Translations under genes and position numbers: made by a program
In this document: in pieces, positions 1 to 12,629 of the stretch
Numbering within the stretch: the stretch's first letter is position 1
Layout of the letters: each line of letters begins with the position of its first letter
DNA from: Octopus sinensis
Taxonomy: Eukaryota
Assembly: GCF_006345805.1 (NCBI RefSeq)
Contig: NC_042999.1
Location: 134,726,001 to 134,790,000, forward strand
DNA: 64,000 bases
Reading direction: 5' to 3'
The notes under the pieces: model-generated
The model's database searches: none
What the model saw: the letters and a program-made list of their open reading frames with translations, nothing else
Told to the model about the DNA's origin: nothing

Positions 1-269
1 GTTGGGGGATTTCCTGTTCAAGTGACCATCCATGTCCGTATTCGGAGAAGAGTTTGTGCCAGTTGATGACTTTTCGATCCCAGGCTGGCTCTTCCCTGGG
101 GGACGCGCTTCCAGATTAACCATAGGACAAGCGATTTGGTATACTGATTTAGTTTTCCTTTTAGTTTCCAAAGACATTTTGGTGCTACGATAATGTTATC
201 ATTTTTTAGCTTTGATTGGCTCGTGGGGAGACGGCCATCATTGCCGTTACAATTATAATCGTACCATTA

Positions 270-382
270 TAGCAGCCGTAGTCGGCTTATTATTGTTATT
301 ATCATCACCATTACCATCACTATCATCATTATCACCACCATTACCATCATCATTATCATCATCACCATCACCACCGTCATCA

Positions 383-426
<44 letters not shown>
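270..426. repeat. Compound (ATC)n/(ATT)n microsatellite
   Basis: Direct reading. Confidence 0.95.
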
Positions 427-427
<1 letters not shown>

Positions 428-428
428 T

Positions 429-898
429 ATGTTTGACTTTTACTTTATGTCTGTACAAGTTGGCTCCAAGTCTCACCCAGAGACCTCAAGAGACAACAGG
501 TTGGAAGTTCACGTTGTTGTTATGCCTAGTGTGCCATATATTTGGGGGGGGGGTGTTGTACTAGTGAATGTCTGATAAATAATTTTTTTTAAAAAAAGTT
601 TGTTTTAAACCTTGGGATTACATAGAGAGTATTTTGCGTAGGATATGAGCAGTTCCCATGAGCACTATCTTTTGAATTTCTGCCATTTTGGGGTTTCCTG
701 GTATCTGAGTTAGGTAGCAATCAGCCCCTTTCGCTATCATTCCCAGGGCACCTATGACAACAGGTATTGTTTTAGTCTTCAGCTTCCACATTTTGCTGAT
801 TTCTATTTCAAGATCTTTATATTTGCTCAGTTTTTGGTAGGTCTTGACAGATACGTTTATATCGATTGGGACAGTCATATCAATGAGGAGGCATGTTC

Positions 899-899
<1 letters not shown>
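429..899 (-). mobile_element. R4/Dong-like non-LTR retrotransposon 3' fragment (RLE C-terminus + 3' UTR)
   Basis: ORF 618-878 (-): KLSKYKDLEIEISKMWKLKTKTIPVVIGALG...IQKIVLMGTAHILRKILS, the typical end of restriction-like endonuclease elements; flanked on both sides by (AAT)n. Confidence 0.85.
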
Positions 900-929
<30 letters not shown>

Positions 930-932
<3 letters not shown>

Positions 933-1049
933 TAGTTTTATTTTTATAGCGTGCTTTCACTTCACTACCGAGCGCAGCTCTGTGTGCCTTGGGTATGTGC
1001 TGTGATTTGTTGTGATGCTCTGATGGTTATTGTATGGAAAGTGTTCTGC

Positions 1050-1052
<3 letters not shown>
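930..1052 (-). mobile_element. 123-bp 3' terminus of an R4/Dong-like element
   Basis: Reverse complement matches ~37038-37160 with 2 mismatches by eye; bounded by (ATT)n on both sides. Confidence 0.85.
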
Positions 1053-1101
<49 letters not shown>

Positions 1102-1142
1102 TACTACTACTACTATTATTATTATTATTATTACTATTATTA

Positions 1143-1198
<56 letters not shown>

Positions 1199-1380
1199 TT
1201 ACTTTCTAGTTGTAGTACCCGATAGCAAACCAGATGAAGGTAATTTGAGAAATGTTGAAATTTAACTGGCTGAGATGTATGTATGTATGTATGTATGTAT
1301 GTATGTATGTATGTATGTATGTATGTATGTATATAAATATATGTATATATGAATATATATGTATATATGTATGTATGTAT
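1052..1380. repeat. (ATT)n array (1052-1197) and (TATG)n array (1276-1380)
   Basis: Direct reading. Confidence 0.95.
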
Positions 1381-1389
1381 TCAACTGCT

Positions 1390-2000
1390 TACATGTGTAT
1401 AAATAATATTTCCTCAATATTTCACGTTTGTGTAAATACTTTCTCAACTGTTCACAACCATCTACGCACTTCATCTATTTTGTATATTTATAGGTATTTC
1501 TTCAACCATTTATCTCCATCATTTAACTAAGACATAATATTTTAGCCAATTCTCCAACAATTTCAATCGATTTTACCTTGTACCATCCGCTCTTTCAAAC
1601 AACAGATACTAGATTCTGCCTTTTCCATTTCTCTTATTTTATCATTTACACTCTGAATAATTTGTAACTGATTTTCCGGGTTATTTTCTAAAGACAATTC
1701 TAACGAATTTATCTATGTTATATACAAAACCTCAACGGTTTTTTCTTATTCTCCATTTAGTTGCTTTTATACAAGGCAAAATGAGGTTGTTTTTCAACCA
1801 ACTCCTCATAATTTATCAAAGATTCTGCGAAGACTAACAACACCTTAATTCCATTAATATAATCATTCCAAATGCTCACATAGGGGCAGGAGATTGTGTT
1901 GTGAGAAATTAAAACAGCTCTTATAACAGCTGTGTCTCGAATTTCTCTGACAGAATTTTCCTGCCCAAAAGAGCTAACAAACTCCAATGTCATCATTTAG
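1390..2000 (-). mobile_element. Highly degraded RTE-like LINE 3' fragment
   Basis: Minus strand reads LKERMVQGKID*...LNDGDKWL, resembling the RTE C-terminal 'IMQGKIEGKR..RP...W' region, with many stops. Confidence 0.4.
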
Positions 2001-2011
2001 GTCACTACGGC

Positions 2012-2065
<54 letters not shown>

Positions 2066-2749
2066 TACATTTGGCACATTAACCGATTCTGCCATGAGAA
2101 TGATAACACTACTACTTTACATTTAGACAAGAGATAAATGAATGGACTAATTATTAATTGAATACATAAGGTAGCCAGTTAGCAGAATCGTTATCGATCC
2201 CGAAAAAAAGCTTAACGGCATTTCTTCCGGTTTTACATTCTGGGTTCAAATACCGACAATATCGGCTTTTCATCCTTCAAATAAAATAAGGTACCAGTGA
2301 AGTACTGCGGTCGATGTAATCGACTACCTACAAAATGTCAGGCCTTGTGCTTATAGTAGAAAGCATTATTAATTGGAGACATTCATATGTTGTTATGAGA
2401 TAGAAACGAAGGAAACTTTCCTAAGAAGAAAAACAAGATCTCATATTTAGAAACTAGGGAGATTGTGAGTGTATCATATTCATGCTTTTTCTTTTAAAGA
2501 TGTTAGCGACGATCGTAAAGTAAATATTTAGCAGCAGGAATCGAACTCGATTTTGTTTTGACAATTACACTGTTTGTATTAATTAATTATTTTTTTTTTA
2601 TTTTGAGGCATGTTTAATGTACCTGCTTCTTATTACAGCTTATGTTTCTGGTCTTACAAACATACATACATACATACATACATACATACATACATACATA
2701 CATACATACATACATACATACATGCATACATGCTTCGAAACATACATAC

Positions 2750-3382
2750 ATTATGGCTGCCCCCTCGTTAACGAGTATGGCCTTTGCACGAAGCTTAACT
2801 GTTACTGGTGCTGTGATCGAATGTGACTTTTTAGCCCAGCTAAAGATCTACAATGTCTTGTACATAATTGGCAACTAATACCTTTACCAGTAATAGCCCG
2901 CCCGGCTGTGGTTGTAACTGGGCTTCATGTACCTTTGCATGTCGTTTAAGTCCTCCTGCCGAATTACACTTTCTTCCACATGCCCGACAGATATGATTAG
3001 TATGGTGTGCTACACCACCACCAGTGGCCAGGTTGTCACTCATCTGTCTCGCTTTATGGCTACGAAGATGACTCTTGAGTCCAGCTTTACTGAGGCAGGG
3101 TCTTGCACAGACATTGCATGTCAGCATCAAAGGAAGACTCTTCCCATCTGGAAGTGTAACAGCGATGCCCTTCCTGACATCCCTCCTTACTTTCTCATGT
3201 GCAATTCGAGATTTCTCAAAAGTGGCTGTCCCCTCGTGCACAATCCTCCACCTGCTACGATCAATAGCTTTGCCTTCCCATGTGTCAGGAGAGATGCAAG
3301 GATCCCTTAAGGATGCCTTCAGCAAGTCCTTATACCTCTTTTTTGGTTTATGTGGAGGTCGTTCTCCTTTAGCTAACTCTCC
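2750..3382 (-). mobile_element. RTE-clade LINE 3' fragment with three C2H2 zinc fingers
   Basis: ORF 2840-3469 (-): YGELAKGERPPHKPKKRYKD...W..KAIDRSRWR, then CNVC..SHLRSH and CRAC..RHAKVH; a third finger CQLCTRHCRSLAGLKSHIRSQH* at 2802-2873 after a frameshift. (TACA)n on both sides. Confidence 0.85.
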
Positions 3383-3454
3383 ATACATACATACACATAC
3401 ATACATACATACATACATACATACATACATACATACATACATACATACATACAA

Positions 3455-6400
3455 GCACCATAGCTGCACCCTCGTTAGAATAGAAAAGCCATTGCCAAAA
3501 AGACTTACTGAAATGATACATTATTGATGCCATGTGATGCCCGTATATGACTTTTAAGCCCAGCCAAACTTTTATACATTTTATTACATACTGCACAACT
3601 GTGCTGGCTAGCAGGGGAAACAGGTGCCACGATATGCACTCTCTTACCATGTCTTTTCACATTTTACATATGTTCTGTTGTGAATTTTAATAGCCACATC
3701 ACTGTTTATCATGGGTCGATTCCTGTGAGATTTTTGATGGCTCACCAGGCCTGCATGACTCAAACACCTCCTCCCACAAACCACACACAAAAAAAGCAAC
3801 ACTCTCTCTTTCCACAGGTTTCCCTCTTTCTAATCCCCCTCCTTATTTTCTCATAATTCACTCTCTTCCCCTCAAACCATGAACCACCATCATGCACTAT
3901 CTTCCTCCATCCATCACGGTCTTGTGCCTCTCTCTCCCAATCACCAGCTGCAATTCCTGTCTGTAATAGAGCATTTTTAAGGCAATTCTTAAACCTTAGT
4001 TTAGGCTTATGCGCTGGGGTCCTGCCATCTTCCAGCTCGCCATGCAATAGCTCCTTGGGTAGTCGCGCATTACTCATCCTTACCAAATGTCCCCCAACAC
4101 CTCAAACAACTTTACAAAATCATTGACACTATACTTCCACTGCCACTCCTCTCAAGCACCTCCACATTACTAATGGCCATTTTCCAGTTTATCCCCCAGA
4201 TTTTTCTCAGACAGTATTGATGTTATCGTTCCAATTGCCTTATATGTTTACGGTAAACAACCCATGCCTCACTCCCATATAGCAAAGATGGGAGGATGCA
4301 CGTGTTATATACCTTAACTTAAATTTGTGAAGATATATTATGTTGTTTCCACAGACGCCTATCAAGCATACCAAAAGCACTACTAACCCTGCTGATTCTA
4401 TATGAAATTTCATCATCAAGACCAGCAGTGCTCAAAGTACTTCCTAAATAAATAAATCTAGGCACAGTCTCCAACCTTTGACCGTTATAAAAGGTTCTAC
4501 ATACTTCTTGGAGGGAGCGGGCTGGTACATTATAGCAGTTTTTTTCAGTTTGATCGTTAGACCCAATGCCGCACATGCTGCAGAAATTGCATTCAGCATG
4601 TGCTGCATATCTTTCTGGGAATGTGCCAATAGGTCACAATCATCTGCATACAAGAACTCAACGAGGTGAGAATGCAGAACTTCCGTTTTTGGCGCAGAGT
4701 CTTTTGAAATTGAACAGTTTTCCAGCTGTCCTATATCTTATATAGATCCCTTCAGTGCAATCTTTAAAAGCTATTTGAAGGACTATTGCAAAATACATAG
4801 CAAACAATGTAGGAGCAGGAATATCACCTTGTTTTACACCATTTTCTACAGAAATTGGATCTGATAAGGAACCTCCAACATTAACTCTTACTTCCATCTT
4901 GTCATGAAATTGTCTAAGCATTCTCACAAATTTTTCAGGGCATCCTAGCTTTTTAGGATCTCCCAAAGTGCAATTCTATTGACAGAATCAAACGCTTTTG
5001 TTAGGTCAATAAAAACCTGCTATAAGTTCATATCCTGTTCTATGCACCTCTCTTGCAACTGTCTAGCTGAAAATATATCCATAGTACTCCTACTATCCCC
5101 AAACCCACATTGCGATTCTGGTAGAACACCATCAGCAATGTGCAGAAGTAATCTGTGCAGCATTACCCTACAGAGGACCTTTCCAGCAACAGCTAACAGA
5201 CAGATGCCACAATAATTACCACAGACTTCCTTTCCACCTTTAGATTTATATAGTATCTCCATAATTGCATCATGTCAATCCGGAGGAACCTCTTCACTAT
5301 GCCAAACCCTCTGAATCACATCCGTCAACATTGTTCGGAGATGATCACCACCATATTTATATATCTCTGCACCTAGTCCATCCACACCAGGGCCTTTCCA
5401 TTGTTCAATTTCCTGATTTCTGCTGTTTATTTCAGCGAGGTTTGGAATTTCTGCTATAAGATATATATTGGTCTCTCAGGTATATTATCAAAAAAAGAGA
5501 GTTCAACTTCTTTCCATCTCCAAACAATATCTTTAGGACTTGTTAATAATTCTGTGTCATCTTTGCTCTGAAGCGGCGCAAACTTTGGTGAAACAGGTCC
5601 ATAAACTTTTTCAAGAGAGAGTAAAAAAGTTTGGAATTGTTAGCATTTGAAGCTTCTTAGTTTTCATCGCATTTATCACTTCACCAATTTTCCTGCATCA
5701 TCCTCGGCTTCCTCTGCACTGTTGATTTTACTGCCTTGAAATATGTAACCACTGTCCTGTTTGCTGACATGTCAACATTTTGCAACATATTAAATGCCTT
5801 TCGCTTCTCCTCTGAGATAAGACGAACTTCATTATCGTCAAACTAATCTTGATGTATTTTTACAAAACCAAAAATGTTACTTCAAACCTCGTATACTCTT
5901 TCTTTGAATGACTTCCAGCTTCCATCACAGGACAAATTATTTATCTCACTCACAAATTCATTACGTACTGGCGGAATCTTAAGTTTATCGACATCAATCC
6001 GTTTAGGTAACTTGTCAGTATTTGCTTTAACCTTAGGCTTGACAACAAAATTCACCTTGACACGCAAAAGCCTATGGTCAGTCCAGCACTCTGCACCACA
6101 CATTACTCGTACAATAGCAAAGTCCCTAGTATCTCGTATCCTGGTGAGGGTGTAATCTATGAAATACCATTTCTTAGAACCGGGGTGCATCCATGTCGTT
6201 TTATACTTATTCTTTACTTGAAACATTGTATTCATGGCACACAAATCCATCTCTACGCACATTTGTAACAGCAGAAAACCATTACTGTTGGAACTCCTAA
6301 TCCCGTGCTTTCCTAAGATGCCCCAAGTCTCCCAATCTGCACCAACGCGAGCATTAAAATCACCTAAAATGACAACTTTGTCATCATGGGGCATAGTGCG

Positions 6401-7030
6401 TATAATCTCTGTAAGTGATAGACAGAAGGCAAGTTTCTCATGCTCTGATGAATTCATAGTTGCAGCATATGCACTTATGAGTGTTACATAGTGATCTTTT
6501 CTTAATGGAAGTCTTAGAGATAGCAAACGATCAGAATGACCACATGGTAGTTCCTCAAGTTTTGAAACAAGAATGGCTTTGGTTGCAAATCCCATTCCTG
6601 ATTCTCTCTTATAGGCCCCCTCTCTACCGCTCCAAAAGAAATGATATCCATCAGATTTCGCTATAAAATTCCCCTTTCCATGAATTCTTGTTTCGGCTAG
6701 CGCTACAACATCCATATCATATCGTTGTAACTCTTTTGCAACAAGCGCGGATCATCTCTCCGAATGAGATTTCAGACAATCATTGTCTTATAACTTTCGA
6801 ACATTCCAACATCCTACATTCATAGGCTTGCATCTTAACCTCAGTTTACTCGCAGTTGCAGTATGACGACCGATTCCAGGCTGTGGTGCTGTGGGACACC
6901 TGACAGGCCAGACCACAGAACAAAATGTTCCAGAGCCCCTTTTGCTATTTGCTTCAGTATCAATATCAACTTTCATTGTTTAGTTGTGCCTTTTTAAGTT
7001 TCGGCCAGCCATGTACATACAAGATGTTCG
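3455..7030 (-). mobile_element. Near full-length, frameshifted RTE-clade LINE (APE endonuclease + RT)
   Basis: Minus-strand fragments: NVGCWNVRKL, DVVALAETR, LGDFNARVG, TWMHPGSKKWYFIDY, WTDHRL (endonuclease); ESQCGF, GVKQGDIPAPTLF, YADDCDL, FIYLGS (RT); RLPKELLHGEL..KPKLRFKN (C-terminus). (TACA)n on both ends. Confidence 0.92.
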
Positions 7031-7038
7031 TTTCTTCT

Positions 7039-7070
<32 letters not shown>

Positions 7071-7072
7071 CA

Positions 7073-7106
<34 letters not shown>

Positions 7107-7639
7107 CATACATACATACATCTCAGCCAGTTAAATTTCAAAGGTTCTTAATGTTTTCCCACTCTCTTTGATGATGGCTGAACTCAGTGAAAAGCCCTCT
7201 GACAAGCAGTCTATGCTCTTACTCTTCTTTCTACCCAGTCTTCAATTATCCCTTTGTTAAGTGCTTATTGACATTTACATTTCTATGACACTGCAACATC
7301 CATTTTGCCTTCTTCAAATGAGATGTAGTTTTCAGGTTAGCATTTATCACCGGCGATATTATTCCAGTTAAGCCTGTTTTATACTATATGCAGGAATGTA
7401 ATGAACCTGTGGGTTTTACTCGTTCCACGTGGCAGATTAAAATCGTTTTATCTCGATAAGCCATTTTGTTATTACTTCTAAATTATAAATATTTTTACTA
7501 TGACTTTGTACGTACATGTTTCATATTTTAGCCACGAAATTGGATCTTTATTATTTTTCTTATTCAAGGCTACTACGTGCTGTTACTGCTTTCCACCATT
7601 ACTGAGGGTTTTTTTTATTTCATATGAAAATTGACTACG

Positions 7640-7745
7640 GCGTGACTGTGCGTGGCACCTTGAGCAAGTGTCTTTTACTATAGCCTCGGGCCGATTAAAG
7701 CCTTGTGAGTGGATTTGGTAGACGGAAACTGAAAGAAGTCTGTCT

Positions 7746-7797
<52 letters not shown>

Positions 7798-8015
7798 CGT
7801 GTGTGTGTGTGTCTGTGTGTCTGTCTGTCTGTCTGTCTGTCTTTGTGACTGTATTTGCCCCTCCCATTACCGCTTGATAACCGGTGTTGATGTGTTTATA
7901 TTCCCCTAACTTAGCGGTTCCACAATAGGGAACGATAGAATAAGTACTAGCCTTGAAAAATAAGTCCTGGGGTCGATTTATTCGACTAAAACCCTTCAAG
8001 GCGGTGCTCCAGCAT
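7640..8015 (+). mobile_element. SINE family B (CORE-like head, internal (TA)n(TG)n, shared 3' tail), 5'-truncated
   Basis: gtggcaccttgagcaagtgtc...ggatttggtagacggaaactgaaagaag, microsatellite, then ...ggggtcgatttattcgactaaa...aaggcggtgctccagca; same as the copies at 18997 and 19528. Confidence 0.8.
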
Positions 8016-8717
8016 TCCTCCATTTGAAACTATTTATTGAGTCTATTCACGTGTAGAAGAGAAATTTGGAACGGAAATAGTAAGTATTAAAATAAACTTC
8101 TATGATATGGTGTGATGTATATTAGGATTTGATGAATTGCATGGGCCTTCTATCTCTAAATGACATATTTCCTTATCGAGAATAATTCAATTTATTTGAA
8201 TCCCTGTGACGCCGGAATTTTTATTCCCTAATTAATAAATAAATAAAATAATATAATGCAATAGTCTAACTTTATTGTTTAGCTTCAAACTAAACAATTA
8301 AGTATGGCATACACAGGAAAGATAGTACCCCTGGAGTGGAATTCATCACTGAAAGACATACCTATCCCACCAAAAAAAAAAAAGAATTCAAGATTAAACT
8401 GATTAATAATATAAAGAATTTCATAAATAGACTCAAATGCAGGAATAGTTATAGAATTATAAAAAGTTATGAAGAGTCCTGGTGATTGGGGTTGCAGTTA
8501 AGACATGTTTCTGAAAAAGACTGCGGGTCTCGGGAACGTTAAACGCACCTCATGAAACACGTGTAGAGGAGAAATTTGGAACTGAAATCATCTGTATCAA
8601 TTTTACAAGTGCTTCACCATTAAAAATACTTCTAAGTCTCTGAATTCACCATCAACGTGTAATTTGTCTCATTTTGAATTAAGCTTTGGCATATTTGCTT
8701 GATATCACATACCCACG

Positions 8718-8776
<59 letters not shown>

Positions 8777-9568
8777 ATAATTCTATGAACGGGTTTTGCA
8801 TTTACTCCAGCTGGGTGGTATCTTTTGTATAGAGTTTAATCATCCCTTTATGAAAGAGAGTGTATAGTTTGTCCACATTTGTAACAAAACTGTTTTGTGA
8901 AATTAAAGCCAGATAAAACATTAGTGGCCATAAGGAGACTCGTTGGAAAAATTCCTCTCATGACAATAAGACAGCTGTTTTACTCTACACTTTCTCTTGC
9001 TATATTATTGATTTCCTAATTTTAACGTGATATGGTTAATATATTGAAATCTTTTCTATATCAATTCATAACATTTCTTTCCGACTAACTTCAATAATTG
9101 CTTGACCTAACAATAGCTGTTCTTTACCTCTTCTGACACCGTTAATGTCACTTTCATAAGATACTGTTATTTTCTTGATGAGCTATGTTAGTTGATAAAT
9201 ATGTTATCAGTCGGTAAGCTCGGGCATGTTTGGTATTTTTATTTTAATATCGATATTGGTTTCCATCCCTTTAATCAGTTAGACCTTGACTATAGTCAAT
9301 TCCTTGAATATTATCGCTATACTTTCATATGATGGATTCCAGCGTTATGTAATCACATTTTGAAGTACTCGTACTTTAGTGAATTTATTAACTCAAGCTA
9401 GGGCAAACATTTATTCAACCGATGAATTGAAAGAGATAACATCACCTAATCATACATTTTTGCCAAGCTTTTCAAGGAACCGAAAAAATTCGCTGCTTCC
9501 TGTGGTTTTGTTGTTTGTCATGAAAACAAAAATTGCTTTTACAATATGAAAATAACATCAGTAAATTA

Positions 9569-10688
9569 TCAGGCTGAGTAAAAAGTAAGCAACGTTTTGA
9601 AACATGAAATTCATCATAATATATTTCAACAATGCGGAAATTTTGTTCATCAAAGTGAGCACCATTACAATCAACACATTTTTGTTAACGAGTAACAAGT
9701 CTGTTTATTCCGATAACATAAAAATCTGGAGTTCTGGAGCTGATGAACTCCTTGAAAGCACTTTCGGCATCGGCTTGATTTTTGAACTCCTTCTTTCGCA
9801 GGAAACCATCAAGTTGCTTGAAAAAGTGGTAGTCAGTAGGAGAAAAGTCTGGGGAATAAGCTGGGGTGGGGAGAGAACTTCGTAGCCAAGTTCCCTAAAC
9901 TTCTGGAGCATCATTAGTGAAACGCGTGGTCACCATAACCTTCTTTTTGAAGAGCTCGGGTTTAGGGGAGGTTTTCGGTGCTTCATTCTGGTCCAACAAA
10001 TGCGAAGAATGTTTTTTTATTATTGTACAAAATCCAAACTACGACACCGTCGAGAAATGGATCGGCCTGCTTACGGAGAAGAAGCAACGGGCAAATTCCA
10101 TATCTGCGCATTTTCTGATTTTCATATTTTCATTCAAATCGTATGGTACCCATTTATCGAGCTTTTGTTTTTGATTTTCTCATCGTATACAAATAGTTAC
10201 AGACAGTTTTCTAGCTAACTTGAAGTTCTTTTGCTAGTTCTCGAGTGATTTTACGTGGATCTTTCTCAATGACGGTCTTTAATTGACCATCATCGATGAC
10301 AGATCTTCAAGGCTCAGGTCACGATCTTCAAGGATGCAGTCTCCACTGCGAAATCGTTTAAACCATTTTCGAGCTGGCTATTCACTGGTCATTTCCTCAT
10401 CAAAAGTTTCGTTGATACTGCGATCAGTTTCAGCTGCTTTACGTCCTTTTTGAAGTTGAATAGCAAAATTACTCGAATATCGCGCTTTGACAGTTCCATT
10501 TCAGACGATTGTAACAACGGCGAAACAAATTTTGATAATATCTATTTGCAGACAATTGCATCAGATAATATTTATTTTCAGACAATTACAAAAAAAAAAA
10601 AAAACGTTAAAAAAAATTCAAAACTCTCCAAAAGTCCGGTACAAATTTTTCATGGTTCAACACGTTGCTTACTTTTTACTCAACCTGA
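9569..10688 (-). mobile_element. Defective mariner transposon, cecropia/Hsmar1-like
   Basis: TIRs tcaggctgagtaaaaagtaagcaacgt (from 9569) and acgttgcttactttttactcaacctga (to 10688), 1 mismatch; TA on both sides. Minus strand MELSKRDIRVILLFNFKKGRKAAET...WFKRFRSGD and LQKFRELGYEVL, with stops and frameshifts. Confidence 0.92.
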
Positions 10689-11299
10689 TATTTTATGATT
10701 GATTTTATAGAAGACACTCTAAATAGGCTAAAAAACTGTGAACAAAAAGTTGTTGTTATGTAATCACTTTAACTTGGTTACGTAGTCACTTTTCTAAAGC
10801 TACAAACACGGGTGTACATATGCGAAAAGACAAAAAAGCGGCTTTTGTCCGTTTGATTCATGTCTAGAACTTTCAATAAAAGAACAAAGGAATTTCATGA
10901 TTTTATAGCTAAAATAAACTCTCACTGAAGTAATAGCTTTATACAGAAATGTCAATCCTAGAGAAAATAAGTTTAGTGTTATTACATGAAATACCCGTTT
11001 CATTAAAAAGAGCTGTGTAGAATAAAAGAGATGCGCTTCTGATTGTTTAAATATGTATTTGAAAACTTGATGAATGCTCTTTCCTGTCTGCCAAATGCTG
11101 ATATCCTTAACTTTTTCTCTAATACACTACCACTAATTTCAAGTTTTCCTAAATTTTCCAATTTTTTCTTTTCTTTTCTTTTTTTAGCTTAGAATGACCT
11201 CAGACAAAAAAAATTACTAGAAAGCCCCAAAATAACTTTTTGAAATGTAATTTCACATTTCTAAGAGAAATTGACATCAGAGTTAGTTTTACGGAAAAT

Positions 11300-12110
11300 T
11301 TTGGCACAAGGCCAGCAAATTCGGAAGGAGAGGTTAAGTCGACTAGAGTGCTCAATCAATATTGATTTTATCGATCCCTTAAGGATGAGAGGCAAAGTTT
11401 GCCTCGGTGGAATTTGAACTCAGAGCGTAAGAACGTACGGAATGCCGTTAAGCATTTTCCGGCGCGGTAACGATTCTGCCAGCTCGTGCCGCCTTAGTTT
11501 TACGGACAATACTGATTTTACTGCCAAAGTTGACGGCCAATGGAATTCATGATATTTATTGACTTGGTATTTTAGCCTGAAATTAGGAATTGTGTATTTG
11601 TTTATTAGTTTTTTGAAGCTGCTTGCTGATTAATTTATTTTGATAATTTCATTTATGTTTTTACCGATTCTTCTACATTTCCCTCATTATTTATTTTTTA
11701 TTTTCATTATATTTTTGTTATTATTGTCAAAAAGGCGACAAGCTAGCAGATTATTGGAACATCAAATAAGGTGCTTAACAGTATTGGTTCTGGGTTTTAC
11801 CATCTAAGTTCAAATCCCGCCGAAGTCCACTTTGCCTTTCATTCCCTTGGGGTGATGAAATAGAGTGCCATTCATCTTATTTGATGGGTCCTAGGATTAA
11901 TCGAATGTAAGAGGTTAATCAAAGGTATTGTTTAACCCCCTACTATCGAAATTTCTGGCTTTGTGCCTAAATTAGAAACCGAAGGATCGACTGTGTGTTT
12001 CATCTTTTCGGGGGTCAATAAAATAAAGTACCAGTCAAATGGAGGCGATATAAACGACTGTACACCTCCCCTGAAAACTGATGGCCTTGTATCAAAGTAG
12101 AAAGTTAATA
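11300..12110. mobile_element. SINE family A copies (- at ~11300-11495, + at ~11730-12110)
   Basis: Match to head ggcggcgagctggcagaatcgttagc...gttcaaattccgccgaggtcgactttgcctttcatcc and tail aagtaccag...ggtcgat. Confidence 0.7.
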
Positions 12111-12629
12111 TTGTAGTTAGCGTATTTAGTATATTTTAGTAAGTATATTTTTGTTCGGAATTGATACTTAAAGCGTTATTTCTCCGAGACTTGCATTTTT
12201 TCACCCTTGATCTACTCTTCGTTTGCCTTTTCAATTTTCTTTCTATATTCCTTTTTAAATAATCAACAAGGCAAATTTTATCGTGTTATTTTCCTTCCAC
12301 TGTGAGAGTTCATCCACTAACTATTATTGCGCTTTATTCTTTGTGTTCTAAAACCTAAAGTGTTTCGCGCATGCAACATTCTATTGCTTTGCTTACATTG
12401 GTCTGTGAGAGCTAAATATTTCTCTCTCTCTGATAGTTTCTTTTGTTTTATTTGTAATGAATATTTTTTGAAAGTTGTTCTAATCTAGTTTCTTAGATGT
12501 TTAATGTTTTTATTGTTTGTCATAAAATTCCTTGTACCCGGGTAACTATTTGAGTTTAATCGTTGTTATATAAGATTGTTTCCTTAAAAAAGAGAACTCA
12601 TGTTTCTTTTCTGGACCTAATGTCTGTTT

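Noticed and set aside
212-1530. Low-complexity ORFs (poly-I/L, YVCM, IHTY); similar ones occur throughout the ORF track
   Set aside because: They are translations of (ATT)n, (TATG)n, (TA)n and (CA)n microsatellites with no domain content or splice support.
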